The notes: generated by a model from the sequence alone, not told the origin. Positions 37,578 to 46,549 are shown, counted from the stretch's first letter. The stretch is 64,000 bases of DNA from Acidimicrobiales bacterium (GCA_035494015.1 DATJHJ010000030.1:5047-69046), one strand, 5' to 3'. A program made the numbers and translations.

Positions 37578-38438
37578 TCAGCCGGTCCGGGCCTCGAAGG
37601 CGTCGCGCAGGCCCTCGCCGAAGAGGTTGGCGCCCAGGGCGACCAGGAAGATGGCCACGCCGGGGATGATGAGCAGGCGGGGGGCGACGAAGAAGTACCG
37701 GCGGGCGTCGGCCAGCATCGACCCCCACTCGGGCGCGGGCGGGCGGGCGCCGAAGCCGAGGAACGACAGGGTCGAGATGAGCAGGAGGATGCGCCCGACG
37801 TCGAGGGTGCTGAGGACGACGACGGGCCGCACGATGTTGGGCACGACGTGCCGGAGGGCGATGCGCAGGCGCGACGCGCCGAGCACGCGGCACGACTCGA
37901 TGAACTGCCGCTCGCGCAGCGACAGGGTGGCGGCCCGGACCACCCGGGTATGTCGGGGCCAGCCCAGGACGGCGATGACGAAGATCAGCTTCGACGTCCC
38001 GGCGCCGAGGACGGCGATGGTGACCATGGAGACGATCACGATCGGAACGGACTGCACGATGTCGACCAGCTGCACGACGAGGCGGTCGATGATCCCGCCG
38101 CGCATACCGGCGAGGATGCCGAGGAAAACGCCGACGAAGGTGATGAGGAGGGTCACGACCAGGGTGAGCAGGACCGACTTCCGGCCCCCGTACAGCATCC
38201 GGGAGAGCATGTCCCGGCCCAGGCCGTCGGTCCCCAAGGGGTGGGCGCGGCTGAACCCGGCCAGCCGGTGAGGTACGTCGACCACGTAGGGGTCGTCGGG
38301 CGCCACCCACGAGGCGGCGTACAGCGGGAACGTCACCACGATCAGCAGGAGGGCGCCCACCACAGCGGTCGGCTCCCTGAGGAACCGGCGCAGCGGGCGG
38401 GCGCCCTCGTGCTCGCGCCGCCGGCGGCCGCCGCTCAT
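37578..38438 (-). CDS. ABC peptide-type transporter permease, OppC/DppC-like
   Basis: ATG 38438 (ATGA overlap with oppB-like stop). Six TMs. HPLGTDGLGRDMLSR N-terminal motif and an EAA-like loop. Confidence 0.85.
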   Translation of the reverse strand: MSGGRRRREHEGARPLRRFLREPTAVVGALLLIVVTFPLYAASWVAPDDPYVVDVPHRLAGFSRAHPLGTDGLGRDMLSRMLYGGRKSVLLTLVVTLLITFVGVFLGILAGMRGGIIDRLVVQLVDIVQSVPIVIVSMVTIAVLGAGTSKLIFVIAVLGWPRHTRVVRAATLSLRERQFIESCRVLGASRLRIALRHVVPNIVRPVVVLSTLDVGRILLLISTLSFLGFGARPPAPEWGSMLADARRYFFVAPRLLIIPGVAIFLVALGANLFGEGLRDAFEARTG

Positions 38439-39388
38439 GACCGCGCCCCCAGCCGGACCCGCACGTCGATGATCGGGTACAGCAGGTCGACGGCCAGGTT
38501 GAACAGGACGACGACCACGCCGGCCAGCAGCACCACGCCCTGCATCATGGGGTAGTCGGACGACCCGGCCGACTCCAGCGTCAGGTTGCCGATCCCCGAC
38601 CGCCCGAAGATCAGCTCGACCACCACCGCCCCCTCGATCAGGCTGGCCAGGATCGAGCCCAGGACGGTCAGGACGGGCAGGGCCGCGTTGCGCATGGCGT
38701 GGCCCAGGTAGATCCGCAGGTCGGCTAGCCCCTTGCCGCGGGCGGTGCGCACGTAGTCCTCCCGCATGACCTCGACCAGCGAGCTCTGCAGGAGCCGGGC
38801 CACCAGGGCGGTCGGGAGGGCGGCGAGGGTGAAGGCGGGCAGGACCATGCTCTTCCAGCCGGACTGGCCCACGACGGGCACGAGGTGGAGCTTGACCGCG
38901 AACACGTAGATCAGCAGGTAGGCCAGGAAGAACCCGGGGATCGAGGCCCCCGAGAGCTCGACCAGGCGGACGATCTGGGGCAGCCAGCGGCCCCGGGTGC
39001 GGGCCCCGATCAGGGCCAGGGGCACGGCGAGCACGACCATGATCAGCACCGAGCTCAGGGCCAGCTCGATGGTGGAGGGGAGGGCGTCGCGGATGGCGTC
39101 GGTCACCCCGCGGTGGGTGAGCAGCGACCGCCCGAGATCCCCGTGCAGCGCCTTGGTCAGCCACCGCCAGTACTGGACCAGCAGGGGCTTGTCGAAGCCG
39201 AGCCGGTGGCGGACAGCGTCGATCTGTTCAGGCGTGGGGAGGATCTCGGGCGGCAGGCCGGCGGAGGCCAGCTTGCTCGACGGGTCGCCCGACGCCGAGC
39301 CCAGGACGAAGCTCAGGAAGGACAGCCCGAAAAGGGTGGGCACCGCGAGCAAGAGCCGGCTGACCGCATAGCGGCCGGTGCCGCGCAC
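38435..39388 (-). CDS. ABC peptide-type transporter permease, OppB/DppB-like
   Basis: 317 aa, GTG start. YAVSRLLLAVPTLFGLSFLSFVL and DYVRTARGKGL are typical of OppB/DppB. Confidence 0.85.
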   Translation of the reverse strand: MRGTGRYAVSRLLLAVPTLFGLSFLSFVLGSASGDPSSKLASAGLPPEILPTPEQIDAVRHRLGFDKPLLVQYWRWLTKALHGDLGRSLLTHRGVTDAIRDALPSTIELALSSVLIMVVLAVPLALIGARTRGRWLPQIVRLVELSGASIPGFFLAYLLIYVFAVKLHLVPVVGQSGWKSMVLPAFTLAALPTALVARLLQSSLVEVMREDYVRTARGKGLADLRIYLGHAMRNAALPVLTVLGSILASLIEGAVVVELIFGRSGIGNLTLESAGSSDYPMMQGVVLLAGVVVVLFNLAVDLLYPIIDVRVRLGARS

Positions 39389-39389
39389 G

Positions 39390-41831
39390 CTACGACGATG
39401 TGGACTTCGTGAGGCTCACCCACCGCTGGCTGGTCTGGGACGGGTGCGGGTCGCCCAGCTTGACCTTGCTCGACATCCCGTAGATCCGGTACTGGCCGAC
39501 GACGGGGATGACGATGTTGGTCTGGTCCTGGTTGACCAGGATGGCCATCATGTTGGCGGCCGCCTTCTGGTTGTCGGTGGGGGTTTTGGCGTTGTTCGAC
39601 GCCGGCACCCACTGCGTGTCCATCGGGCCCAGCTTGGCCGGGGTGTGGGTGTCGTCGGCGGTGGTGCTGCACGGGGTGTTGCCGAACGGGAAGACACCGC
39701 CGCCGTTGTTCCGGCCGACGACGCCGGTCGACACGTCGTTCACCGGCGGGTCGATGGCGTTCACCCCGTCGGCGGGGGCGAAACGGAAGTTGGTGGCCGA
39801 CGAGCAGGCCTGGCGCAGCACCGGGAGGAAGGCGGCGTTGGCGTCGTTCTGGTTGGGCAGCTCGAGGTCGAGGTCCCAGAGCGTCGTGTTGTACATCTGG
39901 CCCCGGCCCACGGTGCCGTCGGTGCAGGTGACGGCCCCGTCGCACGCCCCCCGCTCCGTCTTCAGGTCGATCCCGATGGTCTTCATCTGGGCCTGCAGCA
40001 GGTCGTAGCCGGCCTGGGGCACCAGCGAGATGCCGATCATGTACAGCTGCAGCGGGCGACCGGTGGTGAAGCGGGCGTCACCGTGCCAGGTGCGGAACTC
40101 GTTGTTGCCGCAGGCCGTGTTGGCCCCGGGGTTGGCGTTCCCGCAGGTCCAGCCGTCGGCGTCGAGGATGGTCTTGGCCTGGGCCGCGTCGGTCTTGAGG
40201 GGCGGCACCATGTCCTTGAACGTCCCCAGCACGCCCGGGGGCGACATCCACCGACCGGGGTCGGCGTTGCCCGAGTAGACGGCGCTGACGACGGCCTGGC
40301 GGTCGATGCCCAGCGAGACGGCCTGGCGCACCTTCGGGTCCGTCCCGATGTTGAAGGTGTAGTTGGCCGGCGTGGCCGGGGGGACGAGCGTCATGTCCGG
40401 CTTGTCCGGCGAGGTCTTGACCACCTTGTTGACGTAGATCAGCGAGTTCTGCCCGAAGGGGGCGCTGACCACCTGCTTGCCGTTGGCCTTCACTGCCTCG
40501 GTGTCGAGGGGGTTGATGTCGATGTCCAGGTCGTACGTGCCGGCCTGGAGCCCGGCGGTGCGGACGGCCGGGTCGGCGATGAACGTGTAGTTCATGCCGT
40601 GGACCTGGGCCGCCTGGGTGCCCCAGTAGTTGGTGTTGGCCACGAAGGCCGCGGTGCCGCCGCCCTGGGGCGTGGTCGGGCTGTAGCTCACGTACTTGAA
40701 CGGGCCGGTGCCCTGCGGGGTCCCGGTGGCCAGGGGGGTGGCGGGCAGGTTGGGCATGCCGAGGACCAGGGTGCCGTCGGCGATGCCGGCGGTGCTGCCG
40801 TCGAGGTGGCGGCCCTGGTTGCGGGGGCTGGACAGGCCGGGCGTCTGCATTGATGCCGGCGACGGCATCGGCTTGCCGGAGCTGTCGCGCAGCACCTCGA
40901 CGATGGCGCCCTTGGGGTGCACGAGCTGCTCGGGCAGGCGCAGGTTCTGGGTGCGGGGGGTGAAGTCGACCGTGTAGTCGTCGATCTTCTCCACCGAGTC
41001 CCAGGTGCACAGGGTCAGGTTGGTGGCGCAGCCGGCGGCGGCGCCGGGCAGGGCCATGGTGAAGGCCAGGGTGTTCTCGCCGTCGGACGGAGAGCCGCTG
41101 AGGGGCTGGCGGTCCCGCCAGGTCCAGATGACGTCGTCGGCGTTGAACGGCTGGCCGTCGTGGAAGGTGACCCCCTGGCGGAGGTGGAACCGCCACGTGT
41201 CGGCGCAGAAGGGCCGGTCGGCGATGCCGCCGCACGTGGGGTAGGGCGTGGGCGTGCTGGGCAGGGCTGCGGGGGCGCCGGCATTGCCCTTGACCGTGTT
41301 CCGGTTGGTGCCCACCGGGATGGACTCCCAGCTCGTGGCCAGCCCCGGCTGCAGGCTGAAGTCCGAGCCCATGATGATGAGGGGCTCGTTGAGGTTGGAG
41401 TTGAGCGGGTAGGTGAAAGCGCTCGACGAGTAGCCCGGGCCGGACCCGCTGTCGCTGCTGATCCACTGGTCGGCGTTGGCGGCGACGTTCACCGTCCCGC
41501 TCGCCACCGTGAACGCGCCGGCCGGCTTGCCGTCCTGGCCGGGGGTCAGGATGATGTCGACATCGCTGACGGGCGCGGCGAGGAACTTGCCCGCTACCAG
41601 TTCGTCCTGGGTGCCGTAGACGCCGTTCTTGGCCTTGTACTGCTCCTCGGCCGAACGGACCTTGTCCGCGCTCGTCTTGGACGACGACGAGCTGCCGCTG
41701 CTGCACGACACGGCCAGGCTGGCCACCAGGGCCATGCTCATGAGGCCCACGCCCGCCCGGGACCGTCCACCTTCCATCCCGCCGATCCCCCGCCGTGCAC
41801 TACTCCGCGGCAGACCGAACCGTCCCAGCAT
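39390..41831 (-). CDS. family-5 (peptide/nickel-type) solute-binding lipoprotein, unusually large (about 780-813 aa)
   Basis: Lipobox LAVSCSS followed by a Ser-rich linker. SBP_bac_5-like core (LATSWESIP..., TFHDGQPFNADDVIWTW, ...GPFKYVSY...). The start is uncertain (ATG 41831, 41777, 41741). Confidence 0.8.
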   Translation of the reverse strand: MLGRFGLPRSSARRGIGGMEGGRSRAGVGLMSMALVASLAVSCSSGSSSSSKTSADKVRSAEEQYKAKNGVYGTQDELVAGKFLAAPVSDVDIILTPGQDGKPAGAFTVASGTVNVAANADQWISSDSGSGPGYSSSAFTYPLNSNLNEPLIIMGSDFSLQPGLATSWESIPVGTNRNTVKGNAGAPAALPSTPTPYPTCGGIADRPFCADTWRFHLRQGVTFHDGQPFNADDVIWTWRDRQPLSGSPSDGENTLAFTMALPGAAAGCATNLTLCTWDSVEKIDDYTVDFTPRTQNLRLPEQLVHPKGAIVEVLRDSSGKPMPSPASMQTPGLSSPRNQGRHLDGSTAGIADGTLVLGMPNLPATPLATGTPQGTGPFKYVSYSPTTPQGGGTAAFVANTNYWGTQAAQVHGMNYTFIADPAVRTAGLQAGTYDLDIDINPLDTEAVKANGKQVVSAPFGQNSLIYVNKVVKTSPDKPDMTLVPPATPANYTFNIGTDPKVRQAVSLGIDRQAVVSAVYSGNADPGRWMSPPGVLGTFKDMVPPLKTDAAQAKTILDADGWTCGNANPGANTACGNNEFRTWHGDARFTTGRPLQLYMIGISLVPQAGYDLLQAQMKTIGIDLKTERGACDGAVTCTDGTVGRGQMYNTTLWDLDLELPNQNDANAAFLPVLRQACSSATNFRFAPADGVNAIDPPVNDVSTGVVGRNNGGGVFPFGNTPCSTTADDTHTPAKLGPMDTQWVPASNNAKTPTDNQKAAANMMAILVNQDQTNIVIPVVGQYRIYGMSSKVKLGDPHPSQTSQRWVSLTKSTSS

Positions 41832-41913
41832 GACCCCCCCTAAACCGATGTACGAGGGGAATATCGTACCCGTCAGGTCCTTCGGGGAGTAGTGGCGGTT
41901 CGCAGTAGTCCTG

Positions 41914-43095
41914 CTAGGCGGCGGGGACCTGCTTGGGGTGCGGCATGCACAGCTCGTCGTACTCGGCGATGACGATCTCGCCCGCGTCGGGACCGCACGC
42001 CGGGCAGGCCGGGTCGCGGTTGATCTTGAAGGTGCGGAACGACTGCTCCAGGGCGTCGTAGGCCAGCAGCCGGCCGACGAGGGGGTCGCCGAGGCCGAGG
42101 ATCAGCTTGATGGCCTCCATGGCCTGGATGGAGCCGATGATGCCGGGGAGCACGCCCAGCACGCCGGCCTCGGCGCACGACGGGGCGAGCTCCGGCGGCG
42201 GCGGTTCGGGCACCTGGCAGCGGTAGCAGGGCCCGACGAAGGGGTTGTAGACGGTGACCATCCCGTCGAAGCGGAAGATCGACCCGTGGACCACCGGGAT
42301 GCGCTTGACCAACGAGGCGTCGTTGACCAGGTAGCGGGTGGGGAAGTTGTCGGTCCCGTCGACGATGACGTCGTACCCGTCGATCACCTCGAGGATGTTG
42401 TCGGCCCCCAGGCGGACGTCGTAGGTGACCACGTTCACATCCGGGTTGAGGCTGACCAGGGTCTTCTTGGCTGAGTCGACCTTGCGGTCCCCGACCCGGT
42501 CCATGTTGTGGAGGATCTGGCGCTGCAGGTTGGACTCGTCGACCACGTCCATGTCGACGATGCCCAGCGTGCCCACGCCGGCGGCGGCCAGGTAGAGGGC
42601 GGCCGGGGAGCCCAGCCCGCCCGCGCCCAGCAGGAGGACCTTGGCGTCGAGCAGCTTCTGCTGGCCGGCCTCGCCCACCTCGGGCAGGAGCAGGTGGCGC
42701 TGGTAGCGGTTGCGCTGGTCTGCGGACAGCGTGCGGGGGGCGGCCCACGCCCGGTTCTCGTTCTTCCACTTGTTGAACCCGCCGGCCATCGAGACCACGT
42801 CCGTGTAGCCCAGCTCGGCCAGGGTGCGGGCGGCGAAGGCCGAGCGGGTGCCGCCGGCGCAATACACGACGACCGGGGCCGACTTGTCGGTCAGCCGGCT
42901 CTCGACCTGGCTCTCCAGGTGGCCGCGCGGGATGTGCACCGCGTCGGGCAGCGCCCCCTGCTCGTACTCGTCGGGCTCGCGCACGTCGAGGACCACGGTG
43001 GCGGGGTCGGCGGCGATGGCGGCCTCGGCCGCCGCGGTGTCGACTTCGCGGATGGACGACTTGGCCTGGGCCAGCAGGTCACGGAATGTGGGCAT
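41914..43095 (-). CDS. E1-like adenylyltransferase (MoeB/ThiF) fused to an N-terminal rhodanese domain
   Basis: ATG 43095 (MPTFRDLL). The rhodanese active-site loop VVYCAGGTRS comes first. It is followed by LLLGAGGLGSPAALYLAAAGVG, the NLQRQ ThiF core and two CxxC pairs (CYRC, CPAC). Confidence 0.85.
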   Translation of the reverse strand: MPTFRDLLAQAKSSIREVDTAAAEAAIAADPATVVLDVREPDEYEQGALPDAVHIPRGHLESQVESRLTDKSAPVVVYCAGGTRSAFAARTLAELGYTDVVSMAGGFNKWKNENRAWAAPRTLSADQRNRYQRHLLLPEVGEAGQQKLLDAKVLLLGAGGLGSPAALYLAAAGVGTLGIVDMDVVDESNLQRQILHNMDRVGDRKVDSAKKTLVSLNPDVNVVTYDVRLGADNILEVIDGYDVIVDGTDNFPTRYLVNDASLVKRIPVVHGSIFRFDGMVTVYNPFVGPCYRCQVPEPPPPELAPSCAEAGVLGVLPGIIGSIQAMEAIKLILGLGDPLVGRLLAYDALEQSFRTFKINRDPACPACGPDAGEIVIAEYDELCMPHPKQVPAA

Positions 43096-43187
43096 GGGCG
43101 TCGATCCTCGGAAAAGAGCGGTTTCAGACCGTAGAAACCCTACCGCGCAGGTCGACATTCCCGTCGCCGGTCCAGGACGCGACCCCC

Positions 43188-43217
43188 TTGACAATAGCGC
43201 GCTGCGTCAAGAACAAT
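43188..43217 (+). promoter_or_regulatory. candidate sigma-70-type promoter (TTGACA-18 nt-AACAAT) with embedded cttgac/gtcaag inverted repeat
   Basis: Canonical TTGACA at 43188-43193 and an A/T-rich hexamer at 43212-43217, in the divergent intergenic region upstream of the 43280 gene. Confidence 0.3.
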
Positions 43218-43279
43218 GAGATGACACGAACCTCCCCCTGGTGAACTTCTCTGACTCGCCCCTCTCCTGGAGGCTTCCC

Positions 43280-43921
43280 GTGAGCACCGTCTCGCTGGTC
43301 CCCACCGACGTCGCGCCGGTGGCGGTTCTCCCCATCCGACCCTGGCCCGACGGCGTCATCGACGCCCTCGGCCACGACCCCCGCTCCGCCTACGTCGAGC
43401 GCTTCTGGCTCGGCATCCTCGGCCCGTCCACCACGTGGCTCATCCGCCGCCTCGCCGCCGGGCTCGATTCGTCCCCCGAGGGGTTCGACCTGGACCTGGC
43501 CGCCACCGCTCAGGCCCTCGGCCTGGGGTCCAAGGGCGGCCGCCACTCGCCGTTCATGCGGGCCCTGTCCCGGTGCTGCCAGTTCGACCTGGCCGAGGCT
43601 CGGGCCGACGGGATCCTGGCCGTGCGCCGCAAGCTCCCGCCCCTGAACCGGCGGCAGATCCTCCGCCTGCCGCCCGACCTGGCCGCCGCCCACCAGGCCT
43701 GGCAGGAGGCCCAGCTCCAGACCCCGGCCCACGAGCAGCAGCGCCGGCGAGCGCGCCGGCTGGCCCTCAGCCTGCTGGAGCTGGGCGAGGATCTGGAGGC
43801 CACCGAGCGCCAGTTGATGCGGTGGAAGTTCCACCCCGCCCTGTGCCGGGAGGCGGCGGCGTGGGCGGAGGACCGCCACGGCCAGGCCGTGCACCCCACC
43901 GACGAGGATCCCGCGGCGTAG
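43280..43921 (+). CDS. conserved hypothetical protein
   Basis: GTG 43280 has GGAGG 6 nt upstream; the track start 43241 has none. Sequence: ...DPRSAYVERFWLGILGPSTTWLIRRLAAGL...RHSPFMRALSRCCQF... No family recognised with certainty. Confidence 0.6.
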   Translation: MSTVSLVPTDVAPVAVLPIRPWPDGVIDALGHDPRSAYVERFWLGILGPSTTWLIRRLAAGLDSSPEGFDLDLAATAQALGLGSKGGRHSPFMRALSRCCQFDLAEARADGILAVRRKLPPLNRRQILRLPPDLAAAHQAWQEAQLQTPAHEQQRRRARRLALSLLELGEDLEATERQLMRWKFHPALCREAAAWAEDRHGQAVHPTDEDPAA

Positions 43922-44086
43922 AGATCCCCCCACCGCCGGCGGCCGGGGCTCCCGCCTCCCCGGCCGCCGGCCCTCCTCCAGTGGTGCTGGCACCCCTGCG
44001 GGACACGCCAGCCAGCACCGTTTCAGGAATGGGCCCTTTCTGTCGAAATACCTCTTGTCACGGTGGAAAGGAACGGGTGAACGGCG

Positions 44087-45148
44087 ATGGGGCACGAGCG
44101 CACGACCAACCTGGCGGAGCACCGGCTCCGCCGCGGCGACCCAGCGCGGCTCGACCTGTCCGCCGGCCTGAACCCGTACGGGCCGCCGGCCGCAGTGCTC
44201 GACGCCCTCCATGCGCTGACGGCCGCCGACGTCGCCGTCCCGCCGGACCACGCCGCCGAGCGCCTGGAGGCTGCCTACGCCGCTGCGCTGGGCGTCGACC
44301 CGTCCGAGCTCATCGCCGGCCGCGGCCCGGCGGAGTTCCTCTGGGACCTCGGGCGCCTGGTCCCCCACCACGCCGTCGCCGTCCCCCTGCCGGCCTGGGG
44401 CGAGGTGCTCGACGTCTTCCCCACCCGCGGCTTCTCCCGGTACCCGGGCGAGCAGCTGCCCTCCGTCGCCCAGCTCGACGAGGCCCTCGACGTGGCCGAG
44501 CTGGTGGTCGTGTCCAACCCCCAACTCCCGTCCGGGCTGACCCTGGACCGCGAGGGCCTGCTCGACGCCGCCGAGCGACATCCGGCGTCGACCCTCGTCG
44601 TCGACGAGGCCGCCGTCGACTTCCTGCCCGACCCCGGCGCGGCAACGCTGGTCGGCGCCGACGTCGACAACGTGATCGTGCTGCGCTCGACCGCCGAGTT
44701 CTACGGCACGGGCGCCACGCGCACCGGCGTGGCCTGGAGCCGCGACCGGCGGCTGCTGCGTGAGCTGTTCGGCCACCGCGAGGCCCGGCCCATCTCGGGG
44801 CTCGACGCCCTGGTGGCCGAGGCCGCCCTGGCCGCCACCGGCTGGGCCGACCAAGCCCGGCGACGGCTGGCCGCCGACGGGGCCTGGCTGAACGCCATCC
44901 TCCAACCCCTCGGCGGCCGCCTGACCGGGTCCGAGCTGCCCTACCGCTACCTCGTTTCCGATGATGCGGTCGAGTGGGCCGACGTGCTCGCCGGCCAGGG
45001 CGTGCGCGTCCGCGCCGTCGGGCCCGAGCACGGCGTCCACCCCGGGGCCCTCGGCGTCTTCGCCCCTCGGGACACGGACCGCCCCGTGCTGGCCGCCGCC
45101 CTCGGCGCGGTCCGCACCAGCCCCCCGGCCTTCAGCGAGGCCGGGTAG
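44087..45148 (+). CDS. class I/II aminotransferase-fold protein (CobD/HisC-like) lacking the PLP-binding lysine
   Basis: 353 aa. LDLSAGLNPYGPP, SNPQLPSG and LVVDEAAVDF align to the CobD/HisC family. The lysine motif S-x-[ST]-K-F-Y reads STAEFY (K->E). Confidence 0.75.
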   Translation: MGHERTTNLAEHRLRRGDPARLDLSAGLNPYGPPAAVLDALHALTAADVAVPPDHAAERLEAAYAAALGVDPSELIAGRGPAEFLWDLGRLVPHHAVAVPLPAWGEVLDVFPTRGFSRYPGEQLPSVAQLDEALDVAELVVVSNPQLPSGLTLDREGLLDAAERHPASTLVVDEAAVDFLPDPGAATLVGADVDNVIVLRSTAEFYGTGATRTGVAWSRDRRLLRELFGHREARPISGLDALVAEAALAATGWADQARRRLAADGAWLNAILQPLGGRLTGSELPYRYLVSDDAVEWADVLAGQGVRVRAVGPEHGVHPGALGVFAPRDTDRPVLAAALGAVRTSPPAFSEAG

Positions 45149-45159
45149 ACCCCCAGGCG

Positions 45160-45189
45160 GGCTCGGCCAACCCCCCTTTTGGCCGAGCC
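45160..45189. terminator. hairpin between convergent aminotransferase-like gene and folP
   Basis: ggctcggccaa-cccccctt-ttggccgagcc, an 11-bp perfect stem. The loop ends with a short T run on the + strand. It is deleted in repeat copy B. Confidence 0.5.
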
Positions 45190-45202
45190 GCCTGCGCGGG
45201 TC

Positions 45203-46084
45203 TCAGCGGGACTGGTGGCGCAGCTCCTCGGGCAGCACCAGGTCGGCCGGCGGCGCATCGGGGCCGGCGACGGCGTCGAGCACGGTCAGCATGTCCAGCG
45301 TGGCGGCCACGTCGTGGACCCGCAGGATCTGCTGGGGCACGTGGCGGACCGCCGCCACCGCGCCGAGCGTGCCCGCGCCCCGGTCCGCCGGCGGCCGGCG
45401 GGTCAGCGCCCCGACGAAGTCCTTCCGCGACAGGGCCAGGAGCACCGGGCGACCGAGGGCGACGACGGCGTCCAGCCCCCGCAGCAGGGCCACCGACTGC
45501 CCCGGGGTCTTGGCGAAGTCGACCCCGGGGTCGACCACGATCGAGTCGATGCCGACCCCGGCGTCGACGGCCGCCGCCACCCGCGCGGCCAGGAACGCGG
45601 CCACCTCGGCGGCCACGTCGCCGTAGAGGCCAGGGTCCTGGCGGCGGACCAGCGGCGGCGCCGAGGTGTGCATGACGACCAGGCCGGCCCCGGCGTCGGC
45701 GCACAGGCGGGCCAGCTCCGGGTCCCGCAGGCCGGAGACGTCGTTGACCAGGTGGGCCCCCGCGGCCAGGGCGGCCTCGGCCACCGCGGGCTTGAACGTG
45801 TCGACCGAGACCAGCACGCCGGGCCACCGGGCGACCACCTCGCGGACGACCGGCACGACCGCGCCCGCCTCGTCGGCAGGATCGGCGGGCGCCCGGTTGG
45901 TGATGGCCGACTGAGCGCCGACGTCGAGGGCGTCGGCGCCCGCCGCCACCAGGGCGCCGGCCCGGAGGACGATCTCCCCCAGGCTCCGGGTGCCCGGATC
46001 GGAGAAGGAGTCGGGGTTGGCGTTGACGACCCCCATCAGCAGGGGCCGCTCCCAGGTCACTATCCGGTCCCGCACCCGCAGCAC
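45203..46084 (-). CDS. folP: dihydropteroate synthase
   Basis: LLMGVVNANPDSFSD, DVGAQS, VSVDTFKP, LVNDVSG, IVVDPGVDFAKT and RVHDV are DHPS motifs. The start is uncertain (GTG 46084, GTG 46075 or TTG 46093). Confidence 0.88.
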   Translation of the reverse strand: MLRVRDRIVTWERPLLMGVVNANPDSFSDPGTRSLGEIVLRAGALVAAGADALDVGAQSAITNRAPADPADEAGAVVPVVREVVARWPGVLVSVDTFKPAVAEAALAAGAHLVNDVSGLRDPELARLCADAGAGLVVMHTSAPPLVRRQDPGLYGDVAAEVAAFLAARVAAAVDAGVGIDSIVVDPGVDFAKTPGQSVALLRGLDAVVALGRPVLLALSRKDFVGALTRRPPADRGAGTLGAVAAVRHVPQQILRVHDVAATLDMLTVLDAVAGPDAPPADLVLPEELRHQSR

Positions 46085-46120
46085 GGCCGCCAACCTAACG
46101 GCGGTGCCGGCGCCGGCCGG

Positions 46121-46126
46121 TAGGCT
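46121..46126 (+). promoter_or_regulatory. candidate -10 hexamer TAGGCT 9 nt upstream of ATG 46136
   Basis: Conserved with identical spacing in repeat copy B (58688-58693 / ATG 58703). No Shine-Dalgarno sequence lies between it and the ATG. Confidence 0.3.
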
Positions 46127-46135
46127 GGCCGGCGG

Positions 46136-46537
46136 ATGGAGGTGCTGCCCACACCCGACCAGGAGCTGGGACGGCGGCTGGCCGGCGTCGAGGACCGGCT
46201 CGACGCCATCAGCGAACGGCTCGGCCGGCTCGAGCTGTCCCTGGGCGACACGGTGGCCGCCGAGGTCCACGAAGCCACCGCCGAGCTGCGCCGGGCCATC
46301 AGCGAGCTCGGCCGCCGCCTGGTCCAGGATCTGCCCACCCAGCTGGCCCGCCACCGGGACCTGATCGTGGCCGAGGTCCGGGCCGCGGCCCCGCCCCCAC
46401 CGCCTCCGCCCCCGCCACCGCCACCCCCGCCGGGCCCCGAGCCCGAGGCGGAGGCGGAGATCGTCGTCGAGGGTTCAGAGGCCGCCGTTGCCGACGAACG
46501 GCGCCGCGCCTCCCGGCGGCGCCGGCGCCAGGCGTAG
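46136..46537 (+). CDS. small coiled-coil protein with 14-residue polyproline run and Arg-rich C-terminus (hypothetical)
   Basis: 133 aa. MEVLPTPDQELGRRLAGVEDRLDAISERLGRLE..., 14 consecutive Pro codons at 46391-46432, and the end ERRRASRRRRRQA. A paralog lies at 58703-59071. Confidence 0.65.
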   Translation: MEVLPTPDQELGRRLAGVEDRLDAISERLGRLELSLGDTVAAEVHEATAELRRAISELGRRLVQDLPTQLARHRDLIVAEVRAAAPPPPPPPPPPPPPPGPEPEAEAEIVVEGSEAAVADERRRASRRRRRQA

Positions 46538-46549
46538 CCGGGCCCGAGG

